Both the position numbers and the translations under genes were made by a program. The notes beneath the pieces were generated by a model. It did no database searches, was not told the origin of the DNA, and saw nothing but the letters and a program-made list of their open reading frames with translations. Below, piece after piece: positions 1 through 9,580 of a stretch of DNA of 64,000 nt. Source of the stretch: an uncultured delta proteobacterium (GTDB taxonomy: Bacteria; Desulfobacterota; Desulfuromonadia; Desulfuromonadales; JACZKF01); contig CAWFKQ010000014.1 in the NCBI GenBank assembly GCA_963816395.1, positions 44,311-108,310 of the forward strand, written 5' to 3'. Position 1 is the first letter of the stretch, and every line of letters starts with the position of its first letter.

Positions 1-181
1 CGTTTCCCGCAGCACCCGTTGGCCATCCGCCGTAGGATACCTTTAGGCGGGGAGGCTCGGAGAAATGGACCTGAAAATCATTAGAACATGGATTGAAGGC
101 GAAAGAAAAGGGATTTCACCCAAATGGCGGGCAGGATCCCACGCCTCGATCCCGTCCCAACGCCATGGGCTGGCGCGTGCC

Positions 182-1012
182 TTACTCCGCTCTCTCCAGG
201 GTGATCTCTTCGACCTCCATCTCCAGAAGATTAATGGTGAGAAATCGGTTGCGTAGCAGCCTCCCCTGGCCGAGCAGGATCTTGCAGACCTCGGCGACCT
301 GGAAGCTGGCGACCAGGGCCGGAGTGAAGGAGGGATTGCCGAGCTGGGCCTCGATCCCCTTTCCCCCTCCCCAGAGGCCATAGATCTTGCGCAGGGTCTC
401 TTCGCCGGGGAAAACGGTGGTGACATGCCCGTACCAGCCGGCAATCGCTCCATGGACCAGCGGCAACCCGAGCTCGGAGCAGGCATCGGCCAGTTCCAGG
501 CGGGTCGGCACGTTGTCGACGGCGTCGACCACCACCTCCGCGCCGGCGAACAGTTCCACGGCATTGCCCTGGCCGACCGTGGTCTGAAAGGGGTATACGG
601 TGACCGCCGGATTGATTTCACCGAGACGCTCCACCGCTGCCTGCGCTTTGGCCTGGCCGAGCCGGGCCGGAGAAGAGAGGAGCTGCCGGTTCAGGTTGTG
701 CTCCTCGAAGGTATCCGGATCGATGGCGACCAGCTGCCCCACCCCGAGCCGGGCCAGCTCCTCGAGAATGAAACCGCCCAGGCCACCGCAGCCAACCACC
801 GCCACCCGGCTGCGAAAGAGCCGCAGCTGCTGCGCGGCATCGAGCAGCTGCCGGTTGCGCTGATAGCGGGCCGGCAGGAAACCGCCGGTGAGAATCGCTT
901 CCTCCACCTCGGCGCAGGTCAGGCCGAAGCGTTCCATTGCCGCCGTCTGACAGAGCCAGGGAACCAGGTCCCCCTCGGCCGCCGCCGTCAGAAAATCGTT
1001 CAGGCTGCTCAT
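182..1012 (-). CDS. HesA/MoeB/ThiF family sulfur-carrier adenylyltransferase
   Basis: RYQRN, VAVVGCGGLGG, DPDTFEEHNLNRQ and DAVDN motifs; ATG at 1012 directly after the MoaD-like gene. Confidence 0.9.
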   Translation of the reverse strand: MSSLNDFLTAAAEGDLVPWLCQTAAMERFGLTCAEVEEAILTGGFLPARYQRNRQLLDAAQQLRLFRSRVAVVGCGGLGGFILEELARLGVGQLVAIDPDTFEEHNLNRQLLSSPARLGQAKAQAAVERLGEINPAVTVYPFQTTVGQGNAVELFAGAEVVVDAVDNVPTRLELADACSELGLPLVHGAIAGWYGHVTTVFPGEETLRKIYGLWGGGKGIEAQLGNPSFTPALVASFQVAEVCKILLGQGRLLRNRFLTINLLEMEVEEITLERAE

Positions 1013-1013
1013 C

Positions 1014-1238
1014 TCACCCACCCCCCAAGAGGGGGAAGATGGCCACCGTATCCCCGTCGCCGAGGCTGCGGTCCAGCTTGGCATGCCGGCTGTTGACCAG
1101 GATAATCCCCAATTGCTGCTCAGGGATTCCCAGTTCGGCGACAATCCGCCCCACGGTGGTGCCGGGGGGGTATTCCCGGTCCTCGACGGCGAATCGTCCC
1201 TGGCGAAAGGTGGCGAAGAGTTTTACGGCTATTTTCAT
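1014..1238 (-). CDS. MoaD/ThiS family sulfur carrier (74 aa)
   Basis: MKIAVKLFATFR...GDTVAIFPLLGGG, C-terminal GG. Confidence 0.92.
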   Translation of the reverse strand: MKIAVKLFATFRQGRFAVEDREYPPGTTVGRIVAELGIPEQQLGIILVNSRHAKLDRSLGDGDTVAIFPLLGGG

Positions 1239-1852
1239 ATACGCTCCCGGAAGTTGACGGTGAGCAGGGTGGACTCGCCCTCCGGCGGGAGCCAGCGGCC
1301 GGCCTGCAGTGTTTTCCAGTCCACCGGCTTGCCGTTGAGAAGTGCCTTGCGGCAATCCCTCCAGAATTCCTCTTCCTGGCCGGTGAGAAAAGCGGCGAGG
1401 GCGGAATTCTCCAGAATGATCCCCTCGCGGAGAAAGACGGGACCCAGCTCCGCCAGCAGCAGGTTGAACAGCTTGAGCCTGATCGCTCCCTCCCGCGTGC
1501 GTTCCCACGCCCCCGATTCCTGGTGGGAAATGGAGCTGCGCATGGCCGCGTAATAGCCGCCGCTGCGCATGGTGGCGCCGACCAGGCCGGGCATCGCCCC
1601 GGAAAGGGCCAGCACCGAACCGTCCCGGATGAGTGCACTATCGGCATTGTCGATGGCCTTGCCGTTGAGAAAGAGGGTGGTGATTCGGCTGTGCAGATAA
1701 TCGGCAGCGATGCCGAACTGCCGGGCGAGGAGATCGGTGACGCTGCCGCCGACCAGGACCCGCAGAGTGACCCCCTGCTGCAGGAAGGGAAAGAAGGCCG
1801 GCAGCTGTTCGGGGTAGAGAACGAGACTGAGGGAGTTCGTCGGATTCTTCAT
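1235..1852 (-). CDS. Conserved hypothetical AOR-associated protein with an internal MoaD-like segment
   Basis: ORF from MKNPTNS; TLFLNGKAID...IRDGSVLALSGAMPG resembles a beta-grasp C-terminal strand; stop overlaps the moaD start. Confidence 0.7.
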   Translation of the reverse strand: MKNPTNSLSLVLYPEQLPAFFPFLQQGVTLRVLVGGSVTDLLARQFGIAADYLHSRITTLFLNGKAIDNADSALIRDGSVLALSGAMPGLVGATMRSGGYYAAMRSSISHQESGAWERTREGAIRLKLFNLLLAELGPVFLREGIILENSALAAFLTGQEEEFWRDCRKALLNGKPVDWKTLQAGRWLPPEGESTLLTVNFRERI

Positions 1853-1964
1853 CACTGCCCTCTGGCGGTTGGCGGGTGAATCCGTCCGCAGCCGCGACAT
1901 ATGCCGTAACGGGCCGGGAAGTGATCCATATTGACGGTGAAACACCCCTGGCAGAGCCAGAACT

Positions 1965-2075
1965 TTAACCCGGCGACCTCCCCGCCGGCAGGGTGCTGAA
2001 CAGCCAGCGATAATAGGCATCCCGCTCATACTCCGGGGGTTGCCCGGCCTTTTCCGCCAACTGTTCCAGCAGCAT
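1965..2075 (-). CDS. Candidate 36-aa small protein MLLEQLAEKAGQPPEYERDAYYRWLFSTLPAGRSPG
   Basis: GGAGG RBS just upstream of ATG; co-oriented inside the aor-moaD-thiF unit; below the ORF-track size cutoff. Confidence 0.55.
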   Translation of the reverse strand: MLLEQLAEKAGQPPEYERDAYYRWLFSTLPAGRSPG

Positions 2076-2214
2076 GTTCCCTCCGGGCAGGAGGTCGGGA
2101 GACGGCGCGGCTGGGGATGTTTACCCGCCGCCCCTTTACTCTGCCGATTTTTGCAGATTAAAAAATCCGCGTCAATCCGGGAATTCGCGGACCACCTTTT
2201 CTTTCCTGGACGAC

Positions 2215-2252
2215 TGACCGCGGAGGGGAGGCCTGCCTCCCCTCCGCGGTCA
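2215..2252 (-). terminator. Perfect 18-bp hairpin just 3' of aor (terminator or mRNA-stabilising stem)
   Basis: TGACCGCGGAGGGGAGGC-CT-GCCTCCCCTCCGCGGTCA; no clear U-tract. Confidence 0.6.
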
Positions 2253-2258
2253 CAGCTG

Positions 2259-3995
2259 CTACCAGTTGAATACCTCGTCGAGTTCCTCATCCTTCATGGT
2301 GAAGGTCTGGTTGTGCGGGGCGATCGGGTCGGTGTAGAAGTAGCGCGGCAGCCGGTCGTGCTCCTTGGTGAAGCCCGCCCGCTTGTTGAAATCGCGCTCG
2401 GCCGAAAGGACCGTCTTGCCGAGGGCGACGACGTCATCGCCGGTCAGGCTGGTGCCGTAGAAGGCGTTGAGCATATCGAGCAGGGCCTGGAAGGTCTCCG
2501 GCTGGTCCATGATGGCGAAGGCGATAAACAGGCACATGCCGGTGGAGTCGATGGCCGCCGTGGCGATCTGCAGGTTGCGCGAGAGCTCCACCTGCCCTTC
2601 GGTCTTGAGCGGATCGACATCGCCGCCGACCTTGAGGATGTTGGTGGCGATGGCGTAGCCGGCGGTGTGGTCGGCGCCCATGGTGGTGGTGGCATAGGTG
2701 ACGCCGATCCCCTGGATCGGCCGCGGATCGTAGGCGGGAAGCGCTTGCCCCTTGACCACCGGCACCTTCTCCACGCCGAAGACCTTGCCGGTGATCGCGG
2801 CGCCGCTGCCCAGAACGCGCCCGAGCGGGGTCCCCTTGGCGACCTCCTCCATCAGCCGGATGGCGCCTTCGCGGTCGCCGAACTCGGCCAGCCCGGCATC
2901 CATGGCGACGCCGATGGTGACCCCCATCTCGATGGTGTCGACGCCGATGTTGTCGTCGATGTAGTCGAGGCGGGCGACCGTGTCGAGGTCGTCGATGCCG
3001 CAGTGGCCGCCATGCGACCAGACCGTCTCGTACTCGGGCTGCTTGGTGACGTAGTTGCCGTCCTTGTCGTTGAAGATGCCGGAGCACTGGATGACGCAGC
3101 CGCGATGGCAGCCGTGGGTGGCGCTGCCGCCGCGCTTGATCTCCAGCTCGGCCTGCGCCTCGCCGCTGAGCTTGGCGGCGCCTTCGAACACGCCCGATTT
3201 GAAGTTGCGGGTCGGATAGCCGCCGGCCTCGTTGAGGACGTTGGTGAGGACGTTGGTGCCGTAGGCGGGCAGACCCTCGCCGGTCACCGGGTGCTTGCGC
3301 AGCCCCTCGACGAACTTGCGGTTGGCGTCGCGGTACTTCTCCGGGTCTTTCGGGGCGCGGTGCTTCAGACCGGCGTCGTCGAGGATGATCGCCTTGACCT
3401 TCTTCGAACCCATGACGGCGCCGACGCCGCCGCGGCCGCAGTGGCGGGTGGGGCGCAGTTCCGGGTCGGTACAGGCGATGGAGGCGGCAAGCAGCAGCCG
3501 CTCGCCGGCCGAGCCGATGGTCATGTAGGCCACCCTGTCGCCGTATTCCTGGCGCAGCTTCGCCACCAGAGGATAGTTGTCGAGCAGCTTCAGGCTGTTG
3601 TCGACGACGATCTGCACTCCGTCCTTGTTGATGACGATCTTGTACAGGTCGTCCCCTGCCGGCTTCCCTTCCAGTACGATGGCGGCATAGCCGAGGCGCG
3701 CCAGCACCTGGGCGGCCTGGCCGCCGGCGTTCGACTCCTTGATGGTGCCGGTGAGGGGGCTCTTGCAGCCGACGGAGAGCCGACCGCTCATGGCGCCGGT
3801 GGAGCCGCTCAGCATGCCCGGGGCGATGACCAGCTTGTTCTCCGCCCCCAGGGGGTGACAGAGGGGATTCACTTCCTTGTTGATCATCAGGGAGGTCGTC
3901 GCCCTCCCCCCGAGCCCGGCATACTCGCCGACCGGCTCGGTGGTCATCTTCGGGCCGCCCGGGGCGCCCATGTCGATCCTGAGAATCGTTTCCAT
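2259..3995 (-). CDS. aor: Aldehyde:ferredoxin oxidoreductase (W/Mo-pterin)
   Basis: KSPLTGTIKESNAGG, GRGGVGAVMGSKKVKAI, CHRGCVIQC, EYET, DxxGVDT and YDPR motifs. Confidence 0.95.
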   Translation of the reverse strand: METILRIDMGAPGGPKMTTEPVGEYAGLGGRATTSLMINKEVNPLCHPLGAENKLVIAPGMLSGSTGAMSGRLSVGCKSPLTGTIKESNAGGQAAQVLARLGYAAIVLEGKPAGDDLYKIVINKDGVQIVVDNSLKLLDNYPLVAKLRQEYGDRVAYMTIGSAGERLLLAASIACTDPELRPTRHCGRGGVGAVMGSKKVKAIILDDAGLKHRAPKDPEKYRDANRKFVEGLRKHPVTGEGLPAYGTNVLTNVLNEAGGYPTRNFKSGVFEGAAKLSGEAQAELEIKRGGSATHGCHRGCVIQCSGIFNDKDGNYVTKQPEYETVWSHGGHCGIDDLDTVARLDYIDDNIGVDTIEMGVTIGVAMDAGLAEFGDREGAIRLMEEVAKGTPLGRVLGSGAAITGKVFGVEKVPVVKGQALPAYDPRPIQGIGVTYATTTMGADHTAGYAIATNILKVGGDVDPLKTEGQVELSRNLQIATAAIDSTGMCLFIAFAIMDQPETFQALLDMLNAFYGTSLTGDDVVALGKTVLSAERDFNKRAGFTKEHDRLPRYFYTDPIAPHNQTFTMKDEELDEVFNW

Positions 3996-4034
3996 ACCCG
4001 TGGTTTCTCCTTTACCGTGCAAAAGGTGAAAAAG

Positions 4035-4124
4035 CTCCTTTCCACAAGGGAGGCAGGGCCGTTTCCGGCACTACCCATTGGCCGTTCGCCAGGGGACACG
4101 CCCGTCAGGCAGCCAGGCTCGGAG
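4035..4124 (-). ncRNA. Moco/Tuco riboswitch-like leader upstream of aor
   Basis: Minus strand CUCCGAGC...CCUGAC...AUGGG...GGAAAC...GCCUCCC-UUGU-GGAAAGGAG, matching recalled hallmark elements of the Moco RNA motif; lies between a sigma54 promoter and the aor RBS. Confidence 0.8.
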
Positions 4125-4196
4125 GTAATACAGCATTTTGGAGACAGGACATCTCAAAACATGCCTTTTCCTGCGGCTTTCACCGTTTTCTGGTTT

Positions 4197-4212
4197 TGCA
4201 ACACTAGTGCCA
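4197..4212 (-). promoter_or_regulatory. sigma54 promoter of the aor operon
   Basis: TGGCAC-TAGTG-TTGCA on the minus strand. Confidence 0.85.
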
Positions 4213-4403
4213 TCAATAGAACGATGGTTGATCATTTATTCTAGCTATAAATACCGGCAGGTTTGCAAGGAGATAACGGAAATCGGCGACAATCCCAGGG
4301 AACGGGCGGCGGCGGATGGGAATAGAGGAAGGGGCGGTTCGTCGCTCGCGCCCCTGTTGCTTTTCTCCACAGCGTGGAGAAACTACCCGGAACGGTAATC
4401 ATT

Positions 4404-5838
4404 TTACGCCAATATTTCCATCTGCCGCAGAACCACCACCCGATAGCTGGCGAAACTCTTCCGCCGCAGGCACCCCCAGAAAACACCGGCGCCGTAGGCG
4501 ATCTGCTCCAGCAGGTAGATGCCGGCGAAGCCGGGGAACCACAGGCGCGGCTTGCGCACCACGTAATCGACGCCGGCGGCGCAGCCGAGCGCCGCCGCCG
4601 GCACCGCCCACATGCCCGGCAGCAGGACGGCCAGGGCGAGGAGCGGCAGCGCGTAGTAGCGCACCAGGTGATAAGCACAGGTAGTAGAAGAGGCTGCCGA
4701 GAGCCCGCAGCCGCCCGGCCAGCAGCGCCGGCAGCCTGATCGGCACCCCCCGGCGGACCAGCCGCCGGCGCATCAATGCAGCGTCGGCCGCGAGGACCCC
4801 GGCGGCGAGGAGCGCGGGCCACCAGCCGGCAAAGGGTGCCGCCGCGGCGAGGGCCAGCACCGCCGCGAGCAGGGGAGGAACCACCAGCCGCTTGCGGCGC
4901 TCCGGGTGCAGGCGCTGCAGCACCCCCTCGGAGGTGCCGTAATCAAAGCGCCGGGTCATGAAGGAGCGAACGCTGCTGCGGTGCGCGTGCAGCACCCGGC
5001 CGGCGGGAAGATAGGCGATCCGCCAGCCACCGTCCCGCAGCCGCCAGGTAAGGTCCACATCCTCCCCCACCTGCATGGTCTCTTCGAAGCCGCAGGCGGC
5101 GAGGAAGGCGGTCCGCCGCACCAGCAGGTTGCAGCTCGGCAGGTAGAAGGTGTCGTCCCCCCCCTGCCCCGAGCGCTCCCGGGAACCGAGGGAGAGGCTG
5201 GACATTACCGCCTCGTAGCGGTCGACGGCCGATTCGGTGCACATGCCGTCCACTCTCCCCCCTACGGCGGCCATCTCCGGGTCGGCGAAGGCGGGGACCA
5301 ACTCCGCCAGCCAGCGCGGCGAGGCGGTGCAGTCCGAGTCGATGAAGGCGAGGATCTCCCCGCCGGCCGCCGCCGCCCCGACGTTGCGGGCCGCCGCCGG
5401 CCCCCGGCCGCTCCCCCCCGAGGGGAGGACGCGGACGCCGGATCGGCGCGCCACCTCGGCAGTGGCATCGCGGCTGCCGTCGTCGACGACAATGACCTCC
5501 AGCTGCTCCCGCGGATACTCGAGCTCGGCGAGGGAGGCGAGGCAGCGCTGCAGCTCCTCGGCCCGGTCCTTCACCGGGATGACGATGCTGACCGTCGGCC
5601 GCTCGGCCGGCTCCCCGAGCGTGCTGCGCAGCCGCTCGACGAACCCTTTCCCCGCCAGCTGTTCCAGGACCTTCCCCTCCCCTGCCGTGGCGCCGCGCAG
5701 CACCCCGCCCTCCCCGCGCCGCAGCAGGGCCGCCAGGGAGGCGTTCAGCCGCAGGGCGCGAAGCGGGGCCTGGGAGATGAGAAAAATTCCCCCGTCCCGC
5801 TCCACGATTTCGGTTTTCGGCGCCAGGCGGTAGTTCAT
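4404..5838 (-). CDS. mftF: Mycofactocin glycosyltransferase MftF (GT2); frameshift near 4675
   Basis: VSIVIPVKD, VVDDGS, GPAAARN, AFIDSDC, YLPSCNLLVRR, GEDVDL; last gene of the mft operon; C-terminus continues in ORF 4404..4664. Confidence 0.88.
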
Positions 5839-5864
5839 CTCAAGACCTAAAGAGAATTATTCAC

Positions 5865-5960
5865 CACGGAGGACACGGAGAGCACTGAGGAATTAAAAGC
5901 CTAGCTTCTTTGCTTTAAATTCGCGAGAATATTTCAGATCTTAATCTTCTCAGTGTCCTT
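5865..5960. repeat. Nonamer repeat element (CACGGAGGA CACGGAGAG CACTGAGGA) with a partial inverted copy
   Basis: Three 9-mers at 5865-5891; CTCAGTGTCCTT at 5949-5960; AT-rich spacer. Confidence 0.5.
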
Positions 5961-6880
5961 GTCTTGATAAATGGGTTCTTTGCACATGCATCAGTGCCTT
6001 TGGCACCAGCCCCTCTTCCTCGAAGATCCGCCACAACCCTGCCGCCGTCTCTTCGGCGGAGAGCGCGTGCGTCTTTCCCTCCGCTCGCCTTGATCCCCCC
6101 CGAAAGGAGGGAGAGGATGCGCTCGAAAGCCGGCAGGGTCGCGTCCGGCGTCGCCACCCGCACCGGGTCGGGGCGCGGAACGCCGAATTCCGCCGTCTCC
6201 AGGTAGGCGCCGACGGCGCCGATCTGCCAGAAGGGGAGCCCGAGGTGGGAAAGTTCCCAGACCTCCACCGATGCGGCGAGGGAGGCGGTTATCGCTCCGA
6301 TCGCCGGGTAGCGCGGTGTCGTTCCCTCCTCGAAGAGGACAGTGCAGGGGAAAGGGGCGGCGACGGTCTGCCGCGCTCCGCGGTCCGACTTGCGCAGTAC
6401 CTCGACCCCGCCCTCGGTCAGGGCGAGGGAAACCGCGGCGCCGATGCACGGCCGGCCGGCAGCGGCGGCGGCCAGGGCCGGCGCCGGATCGTCCCCGCGA
6501 TCGATCAGCCGGTTGCCGGTAAAGACCAGGGTCGGGGTGAGAATCTCGATGATGCGGGCGAGAACGCGGGCGTCGGCCACGGCATCCCCCCCCTCCAGGC
6601 CATGGTCCCAGAAGCGGATTCCCCGATCCGCCCCCATGGCGAAGGCCAGCCGCAGGGTATCATCGAGCCGCTCCGGGCCGACGGCGAGAACGGTCACCGC
6701 CGCACCGGTGCGGTCCTTCAGGCAGAGCGCCTCCTCCAGAGCGGCGAGATCGGCCGGGTTCGGTACTCGCCGCAGCCCCCGCTCGCTGATCCCGGCGCCG
6801 CGGGTGGTGACTTTGGCCGGCGGCCGGGGATCGGCGGTCTCACGAAGGAGGACGAGTATGTCAAGTTTGTTATTGGTCAT
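5950..6880 (-). CDS. etfB: Electron transfer flavoprotein beta subunit (FixA-like); frameshift near 6085
   Basis: NPADLAALEEAL, LAFAMGADRG, PRYP motifs; corrected C-terminus ...AEETAAGLWRIFEEEGLV. Confidence 0.85.
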
Positions 6881-6892
6881 GTGAGCCTCTGA

Positions 6893-7004
6893 AATTTTGA
6901 ATTTTAAATTTTGAATTCTGAATTATTAGAACCAAAACCAACGGAGTTATGACTTCGGCTTTTCGAGTTTTCAATTCAAAATTAAGAATTCAAAATTCAA
7001 AATT
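6893..7004. repeat. Inverted pair of heptamer tandem arrays (AATTTTG)n / (AATTCAA)n
   Basis: AATTTTG AATTTTA AATTTTG AATTCTG AATT at 6893-6924 and the complementary array at 6973-7004. Confidence 0.8.
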
Positions 7005-7010
7005 GCCTTT

Positions 7011-7291
7011 CTAGGTCATCCGATACGCCACCCCGAACCCGCCTCTCGGGTACCGCCATCGCGTGAACGCCTTTTTCGCTGGCAGACGACATAGCAGGTG
7101 CCGCATTCGAGACAGCCGTCGTGGACGAAGGTCATCTTCTGCTCCGCCTCGTTCCAGGTGTAGCAGCGGGCCGGGCAGGAGTTGGTGCAGGCGCGGTTGT
7201 CGCAGGCGGCGCATTTCTGGGTGTCGAGGACGATGTGCGGCTCGCGGTCGATGGTGAAGCTGGTGAAGTCGAAGATCTCGTCGATGTTCAT
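7011..7291 (-). CDS. fixX: FixX-like ferredoxin; frameshift near 7075
   Basis: CPARCY, GCLECGTC and W.YPRGGFGV.Y motifs; overlaps the fixC stop. Confidence 0.88.
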
Positions 7292-8584
7292 AGGGCTCTC
7301 CAGGCGCTGAAGGCGTCGGCCGCCAGGTTTTTCAATCCGACCTTCTTCCGGGCTCTCTTCAGGAAGAGCCGGGAGAGGTTCCCCTTCGCCGTCCCCTCGA
7401 TGCGGTAGATATCTTCCATCACGCCGCAGACCAGTTCCGGGTAGTCGCTGTAGATGCGGTCGTTGTGCAGCATGTGCGGCGCCCGCCGGGCTTGCTTGAG
7501 GTCCTGCAGGACGTGGCTCCCCGCCAGCAGCCGGCGGTAGCTCTGCAGCCCCTGCCGGCTGAAGTCGCCGCTCTCGTGGGCGGCGACCGCGGCCTGCCCG
7601 GCGAGTACCCCGGACTGCGCCGCCAGGTTGATCCCCTCCAGGTTGACGCCGGTGGCGTTGCAGAAGGCGGCGGCGTCGCCGGTGACCAGGATGCCGTCGC
7701 CGACCAGTTCGGGGATCATGTCGTAGCCGCCCTCGGGGATGAGGTGGGCCGAGTACTCCTGCAGCCGGCCGCCGCGCACCATCTTCGCCACCTGCGGCTG
7801 CTCGAGGAAGGCGTTGAGCAGGTCGTAGGGGGTCTTGCCGCTCGTCCGCAGGCTCGCCAGGTGGAAGACGAGGCCGACGGAGAGGGAGTCGTAATTGGTG
7901 TAGAGGAAGGCGCCGCCGCGCACGCCGGCGGTGCAGCCGACGAACTCGTTGGCGAAGCCCTGGTCGCGCACCAGACCGAAGCGGTCGTCGATCGTCTCCT
8001 TGGGCAGGTCGAGGAGGGCCTTCACCCCGACCGCCATCTGCGCCGGGTCGAAGGTCGGCCGTCGCAGCCCGGCTTTCAGCGCGGTGAAGGAGAGGACGCC
8101 GTCGGCGGCGATCACCACCGGGGCGGTGAGTTCCCCCCGGTCGAGGACGGTGACGCCGGCCACCCGGCCGTTCTTCGTGACGACATCGTCCACCGTGGCG
8201 CGGGTGATCAGGGTGGCGCCGGCCTTGACCGCCTCCTCCGCCAGCCAGGCGTCGAAGCGCGGGCGGAAGATGGTGTAGCCGTTGAACGGCGGCTTGTCGA
8301 AGCTGCCCGCCTCGATGACGGTGCTGAAGCTGGAGTCGCCGGTGGTGAAGGTGACCCCCTTCTTGACGATGTGCCGCTCCAGCGGCGCCCGCTCCCAGAA
8401 GTCGGGGAAGATCGCCTCCAGGGCGGGGATGCGGTGCAGCACGCCGCCGAACATGTTCTTCTCGCCGGGGAAGGTGCCGCGCTCGACCAGGGCGACATCG
8501 AGCCCGGCCCGGGCCATGGTCAGGGCGGCGGCAGAGCCGGCCGGGCCCGGCGCCGACGACGATCGCCTGAAAATTCGTCTTCAT
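7288..8584 (-). CDS. fixC: FixC-like FAD-dependent ETF:quinone oxidoreductase; frameshift near 8545
   Basis: AIVVGAGP.G, ERGTFPGEKNMFGG, APLER, EYSAHLIPEGG, GDAA motifs. Confidence 0.9.
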
Positions 8585-9580
8585 CGGGCACCTCCGGCGT
8601 TCGCCCGGGCCCGTTCCAGGAGGCGCGGCAGGACAGTTTTGAGATCGGCCACGAACCCCTCGTCGGCGTTGGGCAGGATGGGGGCCTTCGGGTCGATGTT
8701 GACGGCGACGATGCGGCGCGAATCCTTGATCCCGCCGATGTGGTGCATGGAGCCGGAGATGCCGAGGGCGAGGTAGAGCCGGGGGGTGACGGTGCGGCCG
8801 GTCTGCCCGACCATCCGCTCGAAGCCGGTCCAGCCGAGATCGTAGACCGGGCGGGTGACGCCGAAGGAGACATTGAGCAGGCGGCAGAGCTCCCGCAGCT
8901 GCTCGAAGGTCGCCGCGTCGCACCCCTTGCCGGCGCTGAAGATCACTTCCGCCTCGGTGAGGTCGACGGTCTGCGGATCGGGGGGGATGCGGCCGGTGAT
9001 CCGGGCCGCCTTCTCCGCCCGGATTTGGCCCGGCTGCCAGACGGTCACCGCCGGGGTCGTGGGGCGAACCGTCGGCAGGAGCACCTGGCTGAGGGCGCGG
9101 ACCGGCACGGTGAGGACCAGGGGGCGCTTGCCGTCCCAGAGCTTGGTTTCCGCCACCCGGCCGCCCAGGGCCGGGCGGGAGAGGCGCACCCCGCCCTCGC
9201 CGCGCCGGGCGGTCGCCACCTCGGTGAGGAGGGCGGCGTCGAGGGCGGCGGCGGCGACCGGTGCCAGGGTGGCGCCCAGGTCGTTGTGCGGCAGCAGGAG
9301 CACCGTCGTTCCCTGCGCCGCGGCCAGGGCGGCCAGGGTCCGGCCGAGGAGGGCCGGGGTGTCCAGGAGGCTCTCGCCCCCCTGCACCTGGGTGATCGCC
9401 GGGGTGCCGTAGGCGCCGAAGCCGGCCAGCTGCGCCATCGCCGGGAGCGGCCGCGGTGACCGCCTCCCAGCCGCTGCCGAGGATGCCGGCCAGGCGCGCG
9501 CCCCAGGAGAGGAGCCCGCGGCCGGTCTCGTCGAGCTCGCCGCCGGGCAGATCGACGAAGAGAAGGAGTTTGCCGCCCAT
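8581..9580 (-). CDS. etfA: Electron transfer flavoprotein alpha subunit (FixB-like); frameshift near 9440
   Basis: DLTEAEVIFSAGKG, VGQTGRTVTPRLYLALGISG, IVAVNIDPKAPI. Confidence 0.9.

Noticed and set aside
7016..9580. 854-aa ORF as an EtfA-FixX fusion; likewise 48125..51079 as an HdrB-HdrA fusion
   Set aside because: Produced by indels joining the N-terminus of one gene to off-frame sequence and a downstream gene
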